Positions 57,231-64,000 of a stretch of DNA of 64,000 nt are shown one piece after another. The stretch is from Candidatus Woesearchaeota archaeon (lineage in GTDB: Archaea; Nanobdellota; Nanobdellia; Woesearchaeales; SM23-78), in the NCBI GenBank assembly GCA_016930415.1, contig JAFGGS010000022.1, positions 16,930 to 80,929 on the forward strand. The letters run 5' to 3'. A model generated the notes under the pieces. The model made no database searches. It saw only the letters and a list, made by a program, of their open reading frames with translations, and was not told the origin of the DNA. The position numbers were made by a program, and so were the translations under genes. Within the stretch, counting starts at the first letter, position 1. Every line of letters begins with the position of its first letter.

Positions 57231-57841
57231 TTATTGAATGAATTGCATTGCTTTCATTTCGTGCTTTTTATTGCTGAGTCCAACCTCTTTAATCCACTTT
57301 CTAAGTTCTTTCTTTCTGTTCATTTGAACCCTGACTTTTCCTTTTCCGATTTGATAGATGCCGAAATTGAATCCCATCTCTTCAAGAATCCTTATGAACT
57401 GTTTTTGCATTGGTGAAGGACCTATTTTCATCTTCAGTCTTGGATACTTTGTGCCATTGTTATTGGTGATAACTAAACAATCATCTGTGTCAAAATATCC
57501 TCTTAAAACCTGCGCTTGATATTTGTTTTCAAAAATCCAGTCTGGGACTTTCGCACGATTCCATTTCGGCGATGGTTTTAGCCCGACTTCATGAGTTATC
57601 TCTCTGATTTTCTCTCTGTTGAAGATATATAGATTGGCAGTATTCTCTTTTCTCCTAGATTCTTTCTTTACTTTTACGCAGAACATTCTTTTCAACGCTT
57701 CTTCTGTTTGGAGAAGTATTATTTGTCATCTTTTGAGTTAAAAGATATCTTGATCCTGGGATTATTTGGATAACTAATGTATCCATCTCCCAACATGATG
57801 CCTATAAATTCTGCGAGTTCCGGAGTTAATTTTGTTTTCAT
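57231..57841 (-). pseudogene. LAGLIDADG homing endonuclease, frameshifted (two motifs in different frames)
   Basis: Frame 1 from ATG 57841: MKTKLTPELAEFIGIMLGDGYISYPNN...KDDK-stop (motif 1); a different frame continues QIILLQTEEALKRMFC...VLRGYFDTDDCLV (motif 2) to 57231; AT-rich. Confidence 0.6.
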
Positions 57842-57953
57842 CTCGTTCTCCCTGATGAAACAAAACTGGAGACTGAACTGAATTTATAACTTCTGTTGGG
57901 ATTCTATCGTAAGAATTCAAAATCTAATAAATTTTCCGAAAAAAATGAAAGAA

Positions 57954-58086
57954 TAGCGGGGGGTAGATTTGAACTACCGACCTCCGGGTCTCTCAAAGGA
58001 GTCTCGTTCTCATATTTATGAGCCTTCCGCACCAGAAACATTTACTTTTCTGATTCGACGGGCACTCCTAGCTGCCCTACCCCGCT
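57954..58086 (-). tRNA. class II (long variable arm) tRNA with about 48-nt intron; anticodon region non-canonical (Leu-CAG if loop is ATCAGAA, with G27-G43 mismatch)
   Basis: Acceptor AGCGGGG/CCCCGCT, D-arm GGGC...GCCC, anticodon-stem halves TCGAA...TTTGA separated by insert, variable arm GACC-CGGA-GGTC, T-arm GGTAG-TTCAAAT-CTACC. Confidence 0.55.
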
Positions 58087-58196
58087 ATATTGTTGCGTTA
58101 TCTGAAGTTATTTAAAAAGCTTCTCCTATTCTGGGGTAAAATAAATCAGATGATGGAGAAAAAAGAAAAAATTTGATACTCTCATCCTCAAGAATC

Positions 58197-59126
58197 CTAA
58201 GCTGCCTTCATCTCGTCTGCGACTTCCTTCTTTATCGAGTCGTAGCAGAGTATGAGTTCGCCCGCGAGGTATTCGACCCGCTGCCTCGAGGCGTCGCCCG
58301 TCCTTGGGCTCTGACAGAGCCTGGTCATCCTGCATGACAGGTCATATGCGCTGGTCTCTGTTCGAAGAGTGCTCCTGAACTGATCTGCTATCCTCTTGCT
58401 CAGGCCCTTGTCCACGTACATGTCTAGGTAGACGTCTAGCTCGTCGCGGTCAAAAGTCTTCTCCTTGCTCTCCTCGATCTTCCGGTCGATGCCTTCGCTC
58501 ATGGACACTATGCCCTCAAGCCTCTGGCGCAGCTTGTTGCCCTCTAGGTGGATAGCCCTTCCGAACGTGTCATCAAGAGCTTCTCCTAGGAACAATGTCC
58601 AGCTCGCGTATTCGCCGTTGTGCCAGCTAAGGCCATACCTTGCGGCGCTGTTTCCAGAGCCGCCGTAGACTCCGAACCTGCCGCTGTCAACCAATAGGTT
58701 CAGGTCGTGGAACACGTTGGTCAATGGGAAGTTGAGGTGTACTTGCTCCGTGTCCCTAAAGTACCTCACTATCGGGCTCGTGCCTGTCACTGACTCGACC
58801 CTCTCTGCAAGGTCTGCCACGTCGATCTCAGCGAACCTGCCTGAGACGACGTTCAAAGGCTTCTTGCCAGCGACCCTAAGGTACATATCGCGTTCAAGGC
58901 TCGCATCGTATATCGCTTGGGCTGCCTTTGCCTTCTCCTGGTCAGTCTTTGGGTCTAGGGACACGCCGCTCTTTCGCAGGAGCTGCCTCGTCAGCTTCGC
59001 AGGCACCCTGAATTTGCTGTATTCGATCCGAAGCTCGTTTCCCCAGTTGTAGATGGTTGGCTTCTCTTGCGGCACAGGTATCATCTGCGCCTCTCTCATT
59101 GGAATCTCATTAATTATCTCGACCAT
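58197..59126 (-). CDS. hypothetical protein flanked by two tRNA genes
   Basis: 309-aa ORF, no recognisable motif. Confidence 0.4.
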   Translation of the reverse strand: MVEIINEIPMREAQMIPVPQEKPTIYNWGNELRIEYSKFRVPAKLTRQLLRKSGVSLDPKTDQEKAKAAQAIYDASLERDMYLRVAGKKPLNVVSGRFAEIDVADLAERVESVTGTSPIVRYFRDTEQVHLNFPLTNVFHDLNLLVDSGRFGVYGGSGNSAARYGLSWHNGEYASWTLFLGEALDDTFGRAIHLEGNKLRQRLEGIVSMSEGIDRKIEESKEKTFDRDELDVYLDMYVDKGLSKRIADQFRSTLRTETSAYDLSCRMTRLCQSPRTGDASRQRVEYLAGELILCYDSIKKEVADEMKAA

Positions 59127-59266
59127 CTAGGTCACCTCTCAATCGTTTGTTTTTTCCTATTCAGAGAGGTGTGGTGCGAGAACTATATCAAACTTTGAGG
59201 TGATAAATATCACCACAATCAGCTTTGAGAAGAAAAACTCTTCTTTAAGTCATGAAAAAAGAAAAA

Positions 59267-59350
59267 CGCCACGGGCCGGATTTGAACCAGCGATGGGCTA
59301 GGCCCACAGGATTAGCAATCCTGCGCAATACCGAGCTATGCGACCGTGGC
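59267..59350 (-). tRNA. tRNA-Ser(GCU), class II, no intron
   Basis: Acceptor GCCACGG/CCGTGGC, anticodon stem CAGGA/TCCTG with loop TT-GCT-AA, variable arm GGGC-CTA-GCCC, T-arm GCTGG-TTCAAAT-CCGGC, discriminator G. Confidence 0.75.
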
Positions 59351-59481
59351 ATTCGTCTAGCCGGATTTCTACAAATCCGTAAGCTCACAACTTTGAGAAT
59401 TCTTTTAAATGTTTCGGATTGTATTGCTTTTTTTCTTCCATTCCAAAAACTATTAAAACCTCCTCTCTAAGCATGCTTGTC

Positions 59482-61497
59482 ATGAAGATGGTGAGCCTGT
59501 TTTTCTGCATGCTTCTTAGCTTGCTCGCTCCTGTGGCTGTCTCGGCTGTCGGCAGCGACTTGTTTGACATGCACTCATTGTCCTTGGACCTAGTCGTCTC
59601 GAACGATTTTGACATCCTTCCTAGGGGGACTTCTTATCACGTGCAGAAGCTCACTGCCAAGATGTTCTGGTATCCGCAGGATGATTACAGGCAGGAAGTG
59701 GACTTCATCAACACTGATCCTTTATCTGACTTCGCTGAGGGTGAGGGCTTCACGTTCTCTTGGGCGAATCCTTCAGCCAACAGCTACGTCATAAGGCAGT
59801 CTTCCAGGCTCACGACTAAGAACGAGTTCTTTCCTGTGAAGAGGAAGGTGTCTTTTCCGCTCAAGGACCTTGACCCTGCTTATTCCATATACCTCCAGCC
59901 TAGGGAGATCATAGACCTCAACGACCGCATCCGCTCGATCGCCTCGCGCCTCGCAGAGGGTGAGACTGACGCTTACGTCGTCGTTTTCAAGCTGGCCAAT
60001 TGGGTCGAGGACAACGTGGAGTACGATCTCAACTCCTTGACTGCTGATGCCAGCCAGAAGGCCAGCTGGGTGCTTGAGAACAAGAGGGGTGTGTGCGATG
60101 AGCTGACAAGCCTTTTCATCTCCATGTGCAGGTCTCTTGGAATACCCGCAAGGTTTGTGAGCGGCATCTCTTACTCTAACGTGAATCGCCAGAACGATGG
60201 CTGGGGCCCTCATGGCTGGGCTGAAGTCTACTTCCCTGATATCGGATGGGCTCCTTTCGACGTGACTTATAAGGAGCTTGGCTATGTCGACGCGACTCAC
60301 ATCAAGCTCAAGACGAGCGTGGATGCTAAGGAGAGCAGCGTCGAGTACTCAATCATAGGCCAGAACGTGGATGTTCGGGCTGGCGGCTTAAGGTTTGACG
60401 TGGACGTGCCTGCCAGGAATTACATGGACAATCCGCCTGTAGAGTTATCTGCCACTGTCGCTGAGGACCTTGTGGGTTTTGGCTCTTACAACCTAGTCAC
60501 TCTCAAGGTCAAGAACTCCCGTTCTTACTACGTGACCGACCGCCTCTACTTGTCTAACATCTCAGAGCTCAAGATCCTTGGCGATAACAGGCTTCCTTTC
60601 GTCCTTGCGCCTTACGAGCAGAAGTCGTTCTACTGGATCGTTAAGGTGAATGACGACCTGAATCCTAGTTACTTGTACACCTTCCCGATATCGATTAATG
60701 GTGAGCTCGGCGAGTCCACCCAAGTTAGTTTCAGGGTGAACCAGAGGAGCAGCATATACTCCGAGGCTTTCATGAGGTCCCGCATCCCATCGTCTTTAGA
60801 GTCTTCCAAGCCTTATTCCGAGAGCCTTGACGTATCCTGTTTCTCAGGGAAGTCAGAGGTCTTGCTAAACGAGAACATAGTGGTCACCTGCTCGCTGAGC
60901 AACAAGGGCTCTAAGTCCTTGAGCAACCTGAAGGCTTGCTTTGAGAAGAACTGCACTTACATCGCGCTTCCGGCTGGCGAGAGCAGGGACTTGTCTTACT
61001 CTACTGAGTTCAAGACTTTGGGAGTCAAGACCTTAGTTTTCAGGGCTGACCACCCGCTCGCCTCAAAGACGTCTTACATCGTCATCCCTGTCCAGGACGA
61101 GCCGCTCGTCAACGTCTTCAACCTGACTTATCCTGAAGAGCTCGGTTTCAGCGAGAGCGCCGAGATTAGGTTCATCTTGAAGAGGGACTCCATAAATCCT
61201 CCTAAGAACCTCGTCGTGAAGCTTGATCACGAGCTCATAAAGGAGGATTGGAAGTTCACGGCACTTGAGAACACTTATGAGATTAGATTCCTCTTCAGAG
61301 GTGAGAACCTCGCGCTTGACGATAATGACTTCAAGCTCTCGCTCTTGTACGAAGATGCGAAGGGCAGGGAGTATTCTTCAGATAAGGAGTTCACAGTGAG
61401 GCTTAAGGACCCGTCTTTCTTCCAGCTGATGGCTTTGTGGATAAACTCAGTGGATGTGAAGCTCACGCGTTGGATTGACGAGAACTTCGAGAACTGA
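59482..61497 (+). CDS. secreted transglutaminase-like cysteine protease-fold protein
   Basis: Signal peptide MKMVSLFFCMLLSLLAPVAVSA; TGase core GVCDELTSLFISMCRSLGIPARFVSG ... GWGPHGWAEVYFPDIGWAPFDVT (Cys-His-Asp). Confidence 0.7.
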   Translation: MKMVSLFFCMLLSLLAPVAVSAVGSDLFDMHSLSLDLVVSNDFDILPRGTSYHVQKLTAKMFWYPQDDYRQEVDFINTDPLSDFAEGEGFTFSWANPSANSYVIRQSSRLTTKNEFFPVKRKVSFPLKDLDPAYSIYLQPREIIDLNDRIRSIASRLAEGETDAYVVVFKLANWVEDNVEYDLNSLTADASQKASWVLENKRGVCDELTSLFISMCRSLGIPARFVSGISYSNVNRQNDGWGPHGWAEVYFPDIGWAPFDVTYKELGYVDATHIKLKTSVDAKESSVEYSIIGQNVDVRAGGLRFDVDVPARNYMDNPPVELSATVAEDLVGFGSYNLVTLKVKNSRSYYVTDRLYLSNISELKILGDNRLPFVLAPYEQKSFYWIVKVNDDLNPSYLYTFPISINGELGESTQVSFRVNQRSSIYSEAFMRSRIPSSLESSKPYSESLDVSCFSGKSEVLLNENIVVTCSLSNKGSKSLSNLKACFEKNCTYIALPAGESRDLSYSTEFKTLGVKTLVFRADHPLASKTSYIVIPVQDEPLVNVFNLTYPEELGFSESAEIRFILKRDSINPPKNLVVKLDHELIKEDWKFTALENTYEIRFLFRGENLALDDNDFKLSLLYEDAKGREYSSDKEFTVRLKDPSFFQLMALWINSVDVKLTRWIDENFEN

Positions 61498-61593
61498 GCC
61501 GAGAGCCAAGGCTTGCCTTGTGCGCAGTCTTCTTGTCTGTTTAATCTAAACATTTAAAAAGCCCCACTCTCTCCTAGGATTTAGAATTCATCT

Positions 61594-62991
61594 ATGTCTC
61601 AAACCGAAGATGGAAAGCCACTCCCTCTGAGCTTGAGAGTTGTTCCGGATACAAGCGTCATTGTAGAGGGCATTTTGTCAAGGAAGATTGATAGCAAGGA
61701 ATTGGTTCCTGAAGAGGTCATAATCCACGAGGCTGTCATGGCTGAGCTTGAGAGCCAGGCTAACAAGAACAGGGAGACTGGCTACGCCGGCTTGGAAGAA
61801 GTCAAGAGGATTAGGGAGCTTGGCGAGAGTCCGGGCCCAGAGCGGGCTGGCTTCAAGGTGTCGTTCAAGGGCAGCCGGCCGACTGACTTCGAGATAAGAT
61901 ACGCCAAAGCAGGCGAGATTGACTCCCTCATAAGGAAGCTCGCGATTGATGAGAACGCGACCTTGATAACCGCTGACAAGGTGCAGAGCCTGGTCGCTGA
62001 GAGCAAAGGCTTGAGCGTAATCCTCTTCGAGTACGAGCAGGAGGAGAACCCTTTTGTCTTGGAGAAATACTTCTGCGAGGGTGTCCTCTCAGTATTCTTA
62101 AGAGAGGGTTTCCCTGTCAAGATCCTCAAGGGTAAGCCTGGAGATTCCAGGAGGGAGGACGTCTCAGAACCTATCGACAGGGAGTCCATGAAGGCCTTGG
62201 CAAAAGGCATTATCGACGAGGCTAATTCGAGGACTGACTCGGTGGTCGAGATTGATAGGAAGGGATTCGCCCTCGCCCAGTTCAAGGATTTCAGGGTTGT
62301 CATCTCCCGTCCGCCTCTCTCTGACGTTTATGAGATCTCTTGTCATCGCGTCTCCAAAGCATTCTCCTTCCAAGAGTATGGCCTTGTCGAAGAGCAGGTC
62401 AAGCACATCTGCGAAGAGGCTAAGGGAGTTTTGATTGCGGGCGTTCCTGGTTGCGGAAAGACCTCGCTTGTTTCCTCCCTGGTGAATCATCTTCATTCCT
62501 CAGGCAGGCTCGTGAAGACTGCAGAGGCTTCAAGAGACGCTCCGATAGACAAGGGAGTCTCCAGGTACTCTGACTCGCAGTCATCCAATACAGACTTGTT
62601 AGAGCTTTTATTGCAGGGAAGGCCTGATGTTGTGTTGCTGGACGATCTCAAGAGCGGAGAGGACTTCAGGCTTTTCTCAGACTTAAGATTCTCAGGAGTC
62701 CGCGTTCTCGGAGTGCTGGATGCAGGAAGCCTGCAGGACGCCTTGTGGAAAACAGTCTCTAGGCTCGGCGCCGAGAACGCGCTCTCTTGCATTGACACGA
62801 TCGTCTTGATGGATCAGGGAGTACCTTCAATCATAGCCGTTTTGAGATGGACTTGCTGCCAAGACAATAAGCTTGGGGGTGACGGGAGTCCTCCTGGCTC
62901 TGCAATCAAGGTCATTGCAGAGAGTATCCCCTGCAGGAAAAAGTTGCTTGAAGCCTCGTTCGCTTCTGAGAACCTGCTTTTCATGAAATGA
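61594..62991 (+). CDS. PIN-domain ATPase (PilT/PhoH-like P-loop; COG1855-like)
   Basis: N-terminal LRVVPDTSVIVEG PIN motif; central GVPGCGKTS Walker A. Confidence 0.6.
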   Translation: MSQTEDGKPLPLSLRVVPDTSVIVEGILSRKIDSKELVPEEVIIHEAVMAELESQANKNRETGYAGLEEVKRIRELGESPGPERAGFKVSFKGSRPTDFEIRYAKAGEIDSLIRKLAIDENATLITADKVQSLVAESKGLSVILFEYEQEENPFVLEKYFCEGVLSVFLREGFPVKILKGKPGDSRREDVSEPIDRESMKALAKGIIDEANSRTDSVVEIDRKGFALAQFKDFRVVISRPPLSDVYEISCHRVSKAFSFQEYGLVEEQVKHICEEAKGVLIAGVPGCGKTSLVSSLVNHLHSSGRLVKTAEASRDAPIDKGVSRYSDSQSSNTDLLELLLQGRPDVVLLDDLKSGEDFRLFSDLRFSGVRVLGVLDAGSLQDALWKTVSRLGAENALSCIDTIVLMDQGVPSIIAVLRWTCCQDNKLGGDGSPPGSAIKVIAESIPCRKKLLEASFASENLLFMK

Positions 62992-63081
62992 TGCCTTGCT
63001 TTTTCTAGAGGGATTCAGAAAGATTTATATACCTTTAATTCTCATTTCTTCTTTAGTTTTTTCGGTGTTAGATATAGGGTG

Positions 63082-64000
63082 GGTGATTTTGAGAAATCAT
63101 GGAGTAGCTGCGAGTGCTAAATCGATATCTTTGACTCTTGCATTCTTGTTTGCGCTCTCGTCAATGTTGATCCTGGTATCTTGCCCGGTCGAGGCTACTG
63201 TCATAGGAGCCAACAAGGGAGTCCTAAACTATGAGAATGTTCTGAAGAACGGCTATTCGCAAGAACTAGTCACCTTGAACACGGATACTGACTTCAACCT
63301 TAGCGTGGACTACCGCCTGGAGGGCGACATCGCTGACTGGGTGAGGATTGAGCCAGTTACCAGGCCTTTCTATATCAGCAGGAATGAGCCGATGACCCTG
63401 ACAGTCATAATCGAGCCTCCTGGTGACGCCCGGATCGACAAGTATGCAGGCTCTATTCGCTTCATAACAGGCGCCCTAGGCGGCCCAGACGCGGCTTTCG
63501 GCACGTCAGTCCGGACTGCGATAAACCTGAAGCTTGGAGTCCAGGTCACTGGTCAAGAAATCGTGTCCTGTAGGCTGCCTGAGGTCTACATGGATGACGT
63601 CGAGGAAGGATATCCGCTTGAGTTCTATGCTGTCTTCTCGAACAGGGGCAACGTGAGGCTCACTCCAGAGTTCATCCTGGAATTCTGGAACCAAGACCAA
63701 ACCAAGATAGTTGAGACCCTGACCTTCACGGCAGACGAGTCAGTCCTGCCGACAGTCCAGAGGCGACTGTTCAAGTCCCTTCCTAATAATCTTTCGATCG
63801 GCCAATACTGGGTACGAATAACCACTCCTGTCTGCGGAGATTCAGGATCAGCCTTCATCACTATGAGCGTGATCGAGCGTGGAGGAGTCAGTGACAAGGG
63901 AGTCTTAGTGGACATCGAGAACCCAACAGATGCTGAAGTCGGGGATATCGTGCCGATCGATGCTGTCTTCACTAACCTCGGCACCAGGATTGTCAGCGCC
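63082..64000 (+). CDS. secreted/lipoprotein hypothetical, N-terminal part (runs off window end)
   Basis: Open frame from GTG 63082 (or TTG 63088): ...SISLTLAFLFALSSMLILVSCPVEA signal/lipobox, then continuous ORF to position 64000. Confidence 0.4.

Noticed and set aside
59252-59470. 72-aa ORF
   Set aside because: Covers tRNA-Ser(GCU) on the opposite strand
1-64000. CRISPR arrays
   Set aside because: No regularly spaced short direct repeats found; only tandem and direct repeats are the 2x23-nt unit at 52463 and the intragenic adhesin repeat

Overview
Features here point to an archaeal chromosome segment of about 52% GC. They include a class I archaeal CCA-adding enzyme, a PIN-RpoE'-Spt4-eS24-eS31 operon, Dph2, tRNA genes carrying introns, and TATA boxes about 26 nt upstream of start codons (leaderless style). 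Lysine-rich protein tails and apparently split genes recall small-genome, DPANN-like archaea. Housekeeping genes: alaS, smc, ppdK, rnhB, htpX, dus, cca, ilvA, a UbiB-like kinase, an RlmN-like radical-SAM enzyme, a RumA/TrmA-like m5U methyltransferase, and a znuABC-like metal transporter. Accessory content is substantial. There are several glycosyltransferases, including a GT28 MGDG-synthase-like enzyme and a PIG-L/LmbE deacetylase paired with a GT4. There are large secreted proteins: one carrying Hep_Hag/YadA-head-like repeats, a transglutaminase-like protein and a 755-aa lipoprotein. A squalene-hopene-cyclase-like DxDD repeat protein is present. Three AT-rich, probably foreign islets stand out. 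One is a bacterial-type FabG-like SDR beside an intron-containing tRNA-Thr. One is a nucleotidyltransferase plus metallophosphoesterase pair. One is a frameshifted LAGLIDADG homing endonuclease beside an intron-containing class II tRNA. The most notable candidate system is a three-gene operon: a sigma-70 region-4-like HTH, a single-pass membrane protein and an 866-aa repeat adhesin. It resembles a bacterial ECF sigma/anti-sigma surface-signalling unit. Dph2 appears split into two adjacent ORFs (stop codon, 1 nt, ATG). No CRISPR array was seen. All calls come from reading the sequence and ORF translations, with no database searches.
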